From an uncultured virus (IMG/VR IMGVR_UViG_3300032677_001301) (lineage: Duplodnaviria > Heunggongvirae > Uroviricota > Caudoviricetes): a stretch of 20,000 nucleotides of DNA. Of this stretch, positions 1 to 8,359 are shown piece after piece. The DNA lies in the IMG/VR virus record IMGVR_UViG_3300032677_001301. One strand, given 5' to 3'. The position numbers and the translations under genes were made by a program. Positions within the stretch are counted from its first letter, which is position 1; each line of letters begins with the position of its first letter. The notes under the pieces are model-generated. The model did not search any database, was not told the DNA's origin, and saw nothing but the letters and a program-made list of their open reading frames with translations.

Positions 1-948
1 ATGACGTATACAAGCGGCGGCTTAATTCAAGCATCAGATTTTAATGGCTTTAGTACCGGTGTTAATGCCGTATGGAATACTTTGTATGGCCAAACAGCAG
101 TAACTACTGTTTCGACAGCCGGCACAGTTACAGCTACTCAATGGGCTTCTTTGAATTCTACAATTAGTTCAGAAGCAAGTCATCAAGGTACATCAATTAC
201 ATCAAGAACTAATCCTACAGCAGGTCAAGTTATTTCTGTATTATCAAATGTACAAACAGATATTAATAATTGTACAACAAATCAGTATAATGCGTCCACA
301 CAAGGTAGTCAATATACAGGTTGGACAGGTAATTCTAGTTTAACAAGTGGTAAAGGATCTGGTTCAGCAGCTTGGACAGCAACATTTACAGATACAATTA
401 CATTTAGTAGTGGGGCAGCGGCAAGTTATTTCTTTAATGCTGGCGCTACTGTTAAAATTCAATTTAGTAAAACATCTACTGGTACAGTAGCAGACACAGA
501 ATGGAACAATTTCGTTAATACTGTTTGCGGCACAATTTACTTGTCAAGTACAGGCGCAGCTAAAACAATTAATGGTGTAACATATACAGGAACTACAAAA
601 ATTGGTGGAACCGGAACTCCGTCTATTTTAACTACTGGTACAGGATTTGCTCAATTAACATCAACGCCGGTTGTAATTTACAAGCAATTTGATAGCGGTA
701 CAGCTTATTCAAGTAACTATGTTCAAGTTACTGCGGCATTTAGTGGATCATCGTTAACATTAGTAACAACATGGTACGATAATGGTGATACCAATCCAGG
801 TTCAACAGCACAAATTAGTGGCGGCACAGCAACAACTGGTATTACTTTTGGTACAGCAGGAGCAACAGTAGTAACATATTTCCCACCAGAAACAACTTAT
901 TTGACAAATACTTGGGGTACTCCATCAGTAGCTTCTACCGCAGCATAA
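1..948 (+). CDS. Putative virion structural protein (fibre/tail-associated), Thr/Ser/Gly-rich
   Basis: 315 aa ORF, about one third Thr+Ser by manual count, very few charged residues, beta-rich appearance. Followed by a strong terminator. It starts at base 1, so upstream context is not visible. Confidence 0.6.
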   Translation: MTYTSGGLIQASDFNGFSTGVNAVWNTLYGQTAVTTVSTAGTVTATQWASLNSTISSEASHQGTSITSRTNPTAGQVISVLSNVQTDINNCTTNQYNASTQGSQYTGWTGNSSLTSGKGSGSAAWTATFTDTITFSSGAAASYFFNAGATVKIQFSKTSTGTVADTEWNNFVNTVCGTIYLSSTGAAKTINGVTYTGTTKIGGTGTPSILTTGTGFAQLTSTPVVIYKQFDSGTAYSSNYVQVTAAFSGSSLTLVTTWYDNGDTNPGSTAQISGGTATTGITFGTAGATVVTYFPPETTYLTNTWGTPSVASTAA

Positions 949-978
949 TGTTCGCCTAACGGCACTTTTAGTTTTACC

Positions 979-1004
979 AAAGGGACTTCGGTCCCTTTAC
1001 TTTT
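979..1004 (+). terminator. Intrinsic terminator with cUUCGg tetraloop
   Basis: AAAGGGAC-TTCG-GTCCCTTT perfect 8-bp stem (979-998) followed by ACTTTT, 30 nt after the stop of the structural gene. C(UUCG)G loops are typical of T4-like phage terminators. Confidence 0.85.
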
Positions 1005-1024
1005 ACACCTTTCTGTAGTATAAT
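996..1024 (+). promoter_or_regulatory. Sigma70-like promoter, probably giving a leaderless transcript
   Basis: TTTACT (996-1001), 17 nt spacer, TATAAT (1019-1024). The ATG at 1031 lies 7 nt after the -10 box and has no SD. Confidence 0.6.
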
Positions 1025-1030
1025 AACTGT

Positions 1031-1339
1031 ATGGATACTGACAAATTAGTTGCTCACGGCCGTAGCCGTTTTGAACACGAAGCGGCCAAACGAACTCTCA
1101 AAGAAAAATATCAAGGTAAATTGATATTTGCTTATAATGGCGGAATGTTTAAAGCTAGTCCCGAATTGATTGTATTTTTAAAATCTTGCGAAACAGAAAT
1201 CGAAGTAGTGTTACTTGATTTATATGATAATCCAATCAAAGTTAATGTTCACGCATTAAAAATGCTGGCACAACAACGATATCGAGAACAAATGGATGCT
1301 TGGTTATTAGAGTACAACGAACTTAATAAAAATAGATGA
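1031..1339 (+). CDS. Hypothetical phage protein, weak resemblance to DUF4376-type tail-fibre-associated proteins
   Basis: 102 aa ORF with ATGA overlap to the next gene. The pattern YNGGMF...DLYDNPIKV...helical C-terminus recalls DUF4376 by eye only. Confidence 0.45.
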   Translation: MDTDKLVAHGRSRFEHEAAKRTLKEKYQGKLIFAYNGGMFKASPELIVFLKSCETEIEVVLLDLYDNPIKVNVHALKMLAQQRYREQMDAWLLEYNELNKNR

Positions 1340-2130
1340 CAACCGGCGTATTAATTTTTGCTTTTAATAATGAACATATAGATTATCTAGCTATGGCTAA
1401 TTGGTCAGCAAAAAATATACGCAGACATTTAAATTTGCCAGTTGCGGTAGTGACTAATCAATTAGTTCCTAATAATTATTTCTTCGAACAAGTAATACAA
1501 GCTGCGCCCGAGGGTAACCATTCAAGAAAGTTTGATGATCAAGAAGAAAATGTAACTTGGTATAATGGTAATCGAGCTGATGCTTATAATTTGTCGCCAT
1601 GGTCGCAAACATTAGTATTAGATGCTGACTATGTAGTGGCAAGCGATGAATTAAAAAAAGTAATAGCAATGCCAGAAAACTTTATAGCGCACAAAACAGC
1701 ATATGATATAGTTGACCAAGATAATTTTAGTGAACTTAACAACTTCGGTAATTTTAATATGCCTATGTGGTGGGCGACAATAATGATGTTTCGTAGGTCT
1801 GCTGAAGCAAAAATGATTTTTGACTGTATGACTATGATAAAAAATAATTGGCAACACTATAGAAATTTATATGGTATTGCTCGTTCAACATATCGTAATG
1901 ATTTTGCGTTAAGCATTGCCTTAGGTATAGTAAATGGGCATACCCTTAATCATACAGATATTCCGTGGGGACTTGCGTCAGTAACTCCGGCACACAAATT
2001 AACACAATTAGAACAAGACAAATATCGTGTAGATTTTTTAACTAGTGATCAAAAACCACGCTATATAACTTTGTCACAGGACTTTCATGCTATGGGTAAA
2101 AAACATTTAGGAGACATTGTTGCTAGTTGA
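1336..2130 (+). CDS. GT-A fold glycosyltransferase-like protein (GT8-like)
   Basis: N-terminal GVLIFA strand, Y-x-LSPW-x2-TLVLDAD with DxD motif, RNDFALSIA segment and C-terminal FHAMGK His. Confidence 0.7.
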   Translation: MTTGVLIFAFNNEHIDYLAMANWSAKNIRRHLNLPVAVVTNQLVPNNYFFEQVIQAAPEGNHSRKFDDQEENVTWYNGNRADAYNLSPWSQTLVLDADYVVASDELKKVIAMPENFIAHKTAYDIVDQDNFSELNNFGNFNMPMWWATIMMFRRSAEAKMIFDCMTMIKNNWQHYRNLYGIARSTYRNDFALSIALGIVNGHTLNHTDIPWGLASVTPAHKLTQLEQDKYRVDFLTSDQKPRYITLSQDFHAMGKKHLGDIVAS

Positions 2131-2839
2131 ACAAGGATATTTAATTCCGGCGATAGGCGAGGTATATGTTAAATGCGCCAATAAATTAAAGGATAGTATT
2201 TTACAGTGGCATCCCGATGTTAATATTACAATATTAACAGAAGATATGTTACCGCATGGCAATCTTGGTGGCTTTGCCAATGACTGGCAATGTTACCAAG
2301 CAAGCCCGTATAAAAAAACAATTAAGTTGGAAGCAGATATGTGGTGCGCCAGCCCAATCGATCATTGGTGGGACTTGTTTGCTAATCGTGATGTGGTTAT
2401 TAGTCAAGGTTGTAGAGATTTTTATGATCAACCTGGCAAGGCAAGAACATATCGTAAAATATTCGATAATAACAATTTGCCTGATGTGTATAATGCTATT
2501 ACATATTGGGAAGTTAGTGACACAGCTGAAGAATTTTTTAGATTAGTGCGTGATATGTTTGAACATTGGGAAAGTTATAAACCTTTATTAAAATTTCCCG
2601 ACGAAATACCTACCACTGATGTAGTATATGGAATGGCAGCCATTCTAATAGGGCCAGAGAATGTAACTTTACCTTCTGGTCCTACTATCGTTCATATGAA
2701 AAAACATATGATACCCATTGTATCAAATGATTGGAGTAAAGAGTTAATATTAGAACACACTAATCCAGGAGTTAGGATTAATACAGTAGCACAATGGGGT
2801 TTTGTACATTATCACATAAAGGATGTTGAAAATGAGTAA
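2120..2839 (+). CDS. GT-A fold glycosyltransferase-like protein, paralog of the upstream gene (EAD in place of DxD)
   Basis: YQASPYKKTIKLEADM aligns with YNLSPWSQTLVLDADY; TTDVVYGMA and VHMK match RNDFALSIA and FHAMGK. The TTG at 2120 sits 6 nt after SD AGGAG (2109-2113); the ORF track start is 2117. Confidence 0.65.
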   Translation: MLVEQGYLIPAIGEVYVKCANKLKDSILQWHPDVNITILTEDMLPHGNLGGFANDWQCYQASPYKKTIKLEADMWCASPIDHWWDLFANRDVVISQGCRDFYDQPGKARTYRKIFDNNNLPDVYNAITYWEVSDTAEEFFRLVRDMFEHWESYKPLLKFPDEIPTTDVVYGMAAILIGPENVTLPSGPTIVHMKKHMIPIVSNDWSKELILEHTNPGVRINTVAQWGFVHYHIKDVENE

Positions 2840-3092
2840 AGACGAAGATAAATTTAAGCATAGCAAGCGTTTACAAAAAGTATGGAACGCAATTAGGAAA
2901 CAATTAAAGATTGCTAAAGCGCACGGTAATCCCATCGACGAACCGCACCGTTACGCTAAACATCATGCCATGGACTGTGGCCAGCCTGATTGTAATATGT
3001 GTCGCAATCCGCGATATAACGAAACAGTTAAAGGTAAAGATAAATTGACGGTACAAGAGCGCCGTAATAATCAAAAGAGTAACGATGACTGA
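2832..3092 (+). CDS. Small basic phage protein with C-x4-C-x2-C-x-NPR putative Zn site
   Basis: HHAMDCGQPDCNMCRNPR motif, Lys/Arg-rich. The ATG at 2832 follows AAGGA (2819-2823), so it is preferred over 2823. Confidence 0.65.
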   Translation: MSKDEDKFKHSKRLQKVWNAIRKQLKIAKAHGNPIDEPHRYAKHHAMDCGQPDCNMCRNPRYNETVKGKDKLTVQERRNNQKSNDD

Positions 3093-3402
3093 AGACGAAT
3101 TCTTTGCCGCGTTGGAGCCCGTCTCCCCAGTTGTTAAAATACACAGGTTGTACTACGACGAGCAAGGAGCGCCATTATTTTTTAGTCAAGAAGATTTGCC
3201 TGGGAAATATATAGATATACCATGGGAAGTATATATTAATCCACCTAAGCATTTTAAGGTAATTAATAACAGTATTGTACTTCTTGATACAGCAATAGTT
3301 AAAAAATTGTATCCTACCAAAGGCGGCACACCGTGTCATCCGCAGGATATTAGTATTGTAGTTAAGAATACAGAACCAAATATTAAATGGAGTTTTCGTT
3401 GA
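3085..3402 (+). CDS. Hypothetical protein in the glycosyltransferase operon
   Basis: 105 aa ORF overlapping both neighbours; no recognisable motif. Confidence 0.6.
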   Translation: MTEDEFFAALEPVSPVVKIHRLYYDEQGAPLFFSQEDLPGKYIDIPWEVYINPPKHFKVINNSIVLLDTAIVKKLYPTKGGTPCHPQDISIVVKNTEPNIKWSFR

Positions 3403-4325
3403 ATCATATTGACATAGCAGAATTAGATTGTGTATATCTAAGTTACGATGAACCTAATAAAGAAGAAAATTGGGTAAAAATTAAAAATATGGTACCATGG
3501 GCTATGAGAGTAGATGGTATCAAAGGATCAGACGCCGCACATAAGGCCGCGGCTGATGTCAGTCTTACGGATCGATTTATTTTAATTGACGGTGATAATA
3601 TTCCCGATGATAACTTTTTTGATCTTTCTTTACGATTGGAAGAACGAGACGAAAATTGTGTATTTCGTTGGAGAGCCCGTAATCACATTAATGGACTTAT
3701 GTATGGCAACGGTGGATTAAGTTGCTGGACTAAAGATTTTATTTACAATATGCGTACACACGAAGCAAGCGATGGCACAGCAGAAAATGATGTGGAGTTT
3801 TGTTTTTATCCTAATTATATTGCTATGTACGATTGTTATAGTACAACATATCCCAACGCTACACCTTTCCAAGCATGGCGAGCAGGATTCCGCGAAGGCG
3901 TTAAGATGTGTCTTGACCGTGGCAGTAAACCTAATATTACAGAATTTAAACAAAGAGTTAACAATCGTAATTTAGATCATTTAACAATATGGCAAAATGT
4001 TGGCAGAGATGTAGAAAATGGAATATGGTCTATACTTGGTGCTAGAATGGGTACCTATATGTTAATGATTAATCCTACTTGGGATTATAAAGAAGTTCAA
4101 AACTTTGATGCTCTTAAAGCAATATACGAAACTATCAACGGGCATGATCCAGAACAAATCGCGGCAAGATTAGCGCCAGATTTAATGAATCAATTAGATT
4201 TGCCTATTGCTATGCTAGACGAAAATGCTAGTAAATTCTTTAAAAGTCACTATCGCAGTGACTGGCACAACAAAGGAATTATGGTTCGCGAGTTAGATGT
4301 TATTCGTAAACTCGAGGGGTGGTAA
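3387..4325 (+). CDS. GT-A fold (GT2-like) glycosyltransferase-like protein
   Basis: YLSYDEPN start of the fold, AAHKAAA helix, FILIDGDN DxD motif, YGNGGL. An alternative TTG start at 3399 has SD GGAG (3389-3392). Confidence 0.7.
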   Translation: MEFSLNHIDIAELDCVYLSYDEPNKEENWVKIKNMVPWAMRVDGIKGSDAAHKAAADVSLTDRFILIDGDNIPDDNFFDLSLRLEERDENCVFRWRARNHINGLMYGNGGLSCWTKDFIYNMRTHEASDGTAENDVEFCFYPNYIAMYDCYSTTYPNATPFQAWRAGFREGVKMCLDRGSKPNITEFKQRVNNRNLDHLTIWQNVGRDVENGIWSILGARMGTYMLMINPTWDYKEVQNFDALKAIYETINGHDPEQIAARLAPDLMNQLDLPIAMLDENASKFFKSHYRSDWHNKGIMVRELDVIRKLEGW

Positions 4326-4868
4326 TCATTTAATACCGATTACCATGTATCTAGTAAACTTCCATTCAGGATATACAAATCGTAACTCGCCTTGATACAT
4401 AATTTCTGAAAGTGGATAGTGTGCGACAAAATCATCGATAGTAGCAGAGTGTACCACATGATCATCGTGCGGCATATTGTTGCCTTGTAATATAACTCTT
4501 GTGCCGTTTGGAATATTGTTAAACCAATCCATAGTTTCAAAATGTTCAGTACTAGTGTTAATGATTAAATCTGGATTACCAGGTAATACTTGATTACAGT
4601 CTCCGGTTTGGGCTTTAAACTGCCATTCTTTAATTACCCAATTTTCGTTAATCATATCAGCAATAGATTCGCAAGTAGGATCTAAATCATAACTTTCAAT
4701 ACGGTCCACTCTAAAGTTTTGTCTGCTTAATAATAAAAACCCAAGTATACCGTACCAACCGCCGTATACGCGAGTTAGTTTACTATGCCATCCGATAGAT
4801 TCTAATTCCTGGCATAGCCAAAGTTTACTATCAACTTGTCCATTCGAAAAAGCATCTTTGTTAATCAT
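4326..4868 (-). CDS. Class I SAM-dependent methyltransferase-like protein
   Basis: Gly-rich motif I VYGGWYG, acidic end of strand 2 (SYDLD), GDC, DLIINTSTEH, terminal RYMVIG strand. Confidence 0.7.
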   Translation of the reverse strand: MINKDAFSNGQVDSKLWLCQELESIGWHSKLTRVYGGWYGILGFLLLSRQNFRVDRIESYDLDPTCESIADMINENWVIKEWQFKAQTGDCNQVLPGNPDLIINTSTEHFETMDWFNNIPNGTRVILQGNNMPHDDHVVHSATIDDFVAHYPLSEIMYQGELRFVYPEWKFTRYMVIGIK

Positions 4869-5998
4869 ATGTTTTCCTGTTTTGGAAGCATTGATGCTAA
4901 ATTACCTAACCATAACCATGGATGTCTAAAAATAGGATCTTTCAATATATCTAATAACTCTTGATGATGCGGATGATCCACTTGCCATACAGCCATAGAT
5001 TTAAATTGTTCGTCGGTCATATGACCCCATTGTGCTATACAAGTAATGTTTATTTCGTGTTTAGATTTATATGATGTTTCGTATTCGACAAATTGTTTTA
5101 GTTCTTTAAAGTTATCTTCTTGAACTATAAAATTATTTTGCCAATGGATTAAATTAGGAAATTTTTTATTGAATACTAACTCATCAAGGTCTTCTAAATT
5201 TTTTATTAATTTTTTAAAAATACCATTTTTTCTTACTTTGCTGTATGTTTCTTCTGTAGCAGCATCTATGCTAACATCTAGATAAGAAATATGTTTTAAC
5301 AACGGTTCTATTTCCATCCATCTTTCTTTGGTCATTAGTAAGCCGTTGGTTTTTAAGTTTATTCTAAGATTTTCTGGAATAGGATTATTTGCTAATTCGC
5401 AAAGATAATCCCAATAAAATACACTTGCGAACGCATCTCCTGATGAAGTTATGCCTATAGTAACTAGCTGATCATGATGTATTTCAAGTAATCTATTAAC
5501 TAATGCTTTTGTTTTTTCATGAATCGTACCGATACGATTACTTTCGTATGTATTATCTTTTGGATTCCAATATATAAACTCATTACGACAGCTAGGACAT
5601 TGTAAATTACAGCTTTGGTCATAATTTAACCCAATATGTACTAATGTAGATTGTTTGAGTCTTGTTTCTAATTCGTTGCTGGGCACAATCCAATGATTTC
5701 GTTTGACACCAGATGTTAGTATTAAATTTAATTCAGGACATTGGTCATTACAATAATCAAACTTGCTTTGCTTCATGCCTTCTTGTATTTTCAATCTTGT
5801 GGGATTGTTAATAATTTCATCAGCAGAATCAGTAAGAACATTGCCAACAATTTCGGGTAACCAAGTACAACAACAAGCACTTACATCACCGTTTCCTAAA
5901 ATATCATAAAATCCAAAAGGTGTTTTACAAGATAGATTAGCAAGTTTGGTACTAACATCTCGATAAAAACTTACAGGTTTGATTACAAAATTTACCAT
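4865..5998 (-). CDS. Radical SAM enzyme with N-terminal SPASM/twitch-like domain
   Basis: CNLQCPSC (CX3CX2C), SGDAFAS, TNGLL, SIDAA. N-terminal CKTPF...GDVSACC...C-x3-C. Start placed at MVNF (5998), 8 nt after a TAAGTA box; the ORF track start is 6019. Confidence 0.9.
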   Translation of the reverse strand: MVNFVIKPVSFYRDVSTKLANLSCKTPFGFYDILGNGDVSACCCTWLPEIVGNVLTDSADEIINNPTRLKIQEGMKQSKFDYCNDQCPELNLILTSGVKRNHWIVPSNELETRLKQSTLVHIGLNYDQSCNLQCPSCRNEFIYWNPKDNTYESNRIGTIHEKTKALVNRLLEIHHDQLVTIGITSSGDAFASVFYWDYLCELANNPIPENLRINLKTNGLLMTKERWMEIEPLLKHISYLDVSIDAATEETYSKVRKNGIFKKLIKNLEDLDELVFNKKFPNLIHWQNNFIVQEDNFKELKQFVEYETSYKSKHEINITCIAQWGHMTDEQFKSMAVWQVDHPHHQELLDILKDPIFRHPWLWLGNLASMLPKQENI

Positions 5999-6006
5999 TA
6001 GATACA

Positions 6007-6078
6007 TACTTATTAGCATAAATAAGTGTTCAAATAAAAGTTTATTTGTTTACTCCCCCATCCGTAGTACAATAAATA
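6007..6078. promoter_or_regulatory. Divergent promoter region with late-type boxes
   Basis: TAAGTA on the minus strand (6007-6012) and TAAATA on the plus strand (6073-6078). A TACAAT (6068-6073) overlaps the latter. SD AGGA at 6091-6094. Confidence 0.55.
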
Positions 6079-6099
6079 TCATCTCCCCTTAGGACTCTC

Positions 6100-7056
6100 A
6101 TGAAGAAAAAATATTATAAATTAGTTCACGCTAAAGAAACGAATACTGATTGGTTTGTAGTTAATTGGTGTTTGGGCAATACTTGTAATTTTAGTTGTAG
6201 CTACTGTCCAGAAAATTTACATAATGGAACAAATCCATGGCCTACTCCGGATACTATCAAAAATTTTATTTCAAAAGTTAAAGCAACACACCCTAACAAA
6301 AAATTATATTTTGAATTTACTGGCGGTGAAGTTACATTGTATAAACATTTTATCGAGATTTGCCAATATTGTACAGAGCAAGGTGTTAAAGTAGGATTAA
6401 TCTCTAATGGATCAAGAACATTGCGTTATTGGAAAGAAAACAAACAATATTTTGATCATATATGTTTAAGTTTTCACCCAGAATTCGGCGATGCTGATCA
6501 CTTTATCGAAGTGGTTAAGGAATTAAATAATGATGTAAGAACTCATGTTAATATTATGATGAGTCCAGAAAAGTTTGACTATTGCTATGATATAGCGGAC
6601 AAGATAAAAGATCTTGGAAATATTTCAATGGCGCTTCAGCCATTAATACATGACTTTGGCGAAGTATTATATGATTATACTCCTGAACAAAAACAAATTA
6701 TCGATAATCAACATGAATTAATTAGCAAATATATAAAATTTACTAAAGAGTTTGAATACTATCGCGGCGCTATGAAAATGTTATATGCCAATGATACTTC
6801 TTTGGCAGTTAGTGCTCATCGTTTTATTAATGAAAAAGCTAATGATTGGTCTGGGTGGGATTGTTATGCGGGAGTAGAACAGTTAATCGTGGATCAACGA
6901 GGGGCTATATTCCGTGGGTGGTGTAAAGAAGGCGACTTGGTAGGCAACATTGCTGATCCAAATTTAAATTTACCCACAGATCCGGTGCGTTGTACTAAAT
7001 CAATGTGCCATTGTAATTTTGATATCATGAGCACAAAGGAATATCCAGGTGAGTAA
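6100..7056 (+). CDS. Radical SAM enzyme with C-terminal SPASM/twitch domain
   Basis: CNFSCSYC, FTGGEVT, SNGSR. C-terminal CYAG...G-x-IFRGWC...C-x4-CHC. Confidence 0.92.
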   Translation: MKKKYYKLVHAKETNTDWFVVNWCLGNTCNFSCSYCPENLHNGTNPWPTPDTIKNFISKVKATHPNKKLYFEFTGGEVTLYKHFIEICQYCTEQGVKVGLISNGSRTLRYWKENKQYFDHICLSFHPEFGDADHFIEVVKELNNDVRTHVNIMMSPEKFDYCYDIADKIKDLGNISMALQPLIHDFGEVLYDYTPEQKQIIDNQHELISKYIKFTKEFEYYRGAMKMLYANDTSLAVSAHRFINEKANDWSGWDCYAGVEQLIVDQRGAIFRGWCKEGDLVGNIADPNLNLPTDPVRCTKSMCHCNFDIMSTKEYPGE

Positions 7057-8359
7057 AGATACTATATGTACTATCCCTTGGAATCATCTTGCTATTTTAC
7101 AGAATGGTGATTATGGAATTTGTTGTCAGTGCGTGTATAGTGCCGCTGGTCGATTAATTACCGATGGTGTGTCAGAAAATGTGTTAACAAAAGATATTGA
7201 AGAAGTTAGAAATCATCCAATGTATGTTGACCTTAGGCGTAGTATGATGGCCGGGGAAAAACATCCTTTATGTAAATTATGTTGGGATGAAGAAGAACTA
7301 GGTATCCTTTCAAAAAGACAAAATCAACAAAAAATTTACGGTAATACCTTAGAACAAATTGTTAACTCTGAAGATAAAAGTGGAGTAATTGATACTAAAG
7401 AATATCCATTGAACTATTTAGATTTAAGATTGGGAAATCTTTGTAATTTAAAGTGTCGTAGTTGCGGTCCAGCAGATAGTTCATTGTGGATCGAGGATAT
7501 GTATGACGCTGGTATTACTGAATTCCGTGTACAAAACATATCTAAATCATACGAAATTGAAAAAAAGAATAATGTATACAAAATTAAAAGTGATGATTTT
7601 CAATATTATGCTAGTGAACAATTTGGCAAAAATTTAGAAGAAACATTGTCTACTATTGATAGAATTTATTTTACGGGCGGCGACCCTTTGCTTAATAAAA
7701 AACATTATGAAATATTAGACTATTGTATTGAACACGATTACGCAAAAAATATTACACTTGAATACAATACTAACGGAACAACTCTTAACAAAAATTTGTT
7801 GGAGCAATGGCGACATTTTGCCCATGTAATAGTTTGTTTTAGTATTGATGGTATAGGTGATATGGCGCATTATGTTCGCTATCCATCAGACTGGGAAGTT
7901 ATCGAAGCAAATATAAAAGAGTTAGATAGTTCAGATTTAACAAATGTACTGTGTACAACTAATTTTACTGTAAGCATATTGAATGTAAAACATTTTTTAG
8001 AAACATTAGATTGGTTTTATGCTCAACCCTTTCAAAAATTTGGCGGAAGAAATCGAAGACTATACTGGCATCGTTTAGTTGGACCGCCCTGGTTTAATTT
8101 ACAAGTGTTACCGCAAGAAACAAAACAAGAAATTACAGCTCTGTATCAAAAATACATGGATGAATCTCCGAGATCATTTATTAAGAGCTATATTGGTCCT
8201 ATTGTAGATTTTATGAACGCTGGCGATATGAGTCAATATTTGCCAGATACAAAAAGAGTTATCGAAGGCATCGACAAGATTAGAAATCAAAAATTAGAAG
8301 ATTATATTCCTTGGTTATCGGATGTATTGAAAAATGTTGAAAGCAATGCTAAAAAATGA
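7049..8359 (+). CDS. N-terminal twitch-domain radical SAM protein
   Basis: CTIPW...GDYGICC...CKLC N-terminal domain, LDLRLGNLCNLKCRSC, FTGGDPL, YNTNGT, SIDG, YVRYPSDW. GTG start with SD AAGGA (7036-7040). Confidence 0.92.
   Translation: MSKDTICTIPWNHLAILQNGDYGICCQCVYSAAGRLITDGVSENVLTKDIEEVRNHPMYVDLRRSMMAGEKHPLCKLCWDEEELGILSKRQNQQKIYGNTLEQIVNSEDKSGVIDTKEYPLNYLDLRLGNLCNLKCRSCGPADSSLWIEDMYDAGITEFRVQNISKSYEIEKKNNVYKIKSDDFQYYASEQFGKNLEETLSTIDRIYFTGGDPLLNKKHYEILDYCIEHDYAKNITLEYNTNGTTLNKNLLEQWRHFAHVIVCFSIDGIGDMAHYVRYPSDWEVIEANIKELDSSDLTNVLCTTNFTVSILNVKHFLETLDWFYAQPFQKFGGRNRRLYWHRLVGPPWFNLQVLPQETKQEITALYQKYMDESPRSFIKSYIGPIVDFMNAGDMSQYLPDTKRVIEGIDKIRNQKLEDYIPWLSDVLKNVESNAKK

Noticed and set aside
948..968. 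Mini-ORF ATGTTCGCCTAA and GCC-TAAC-GGC hairpin after the structural gene
   Set aside because: Three codons and a 3-bp stem are expected by chance.
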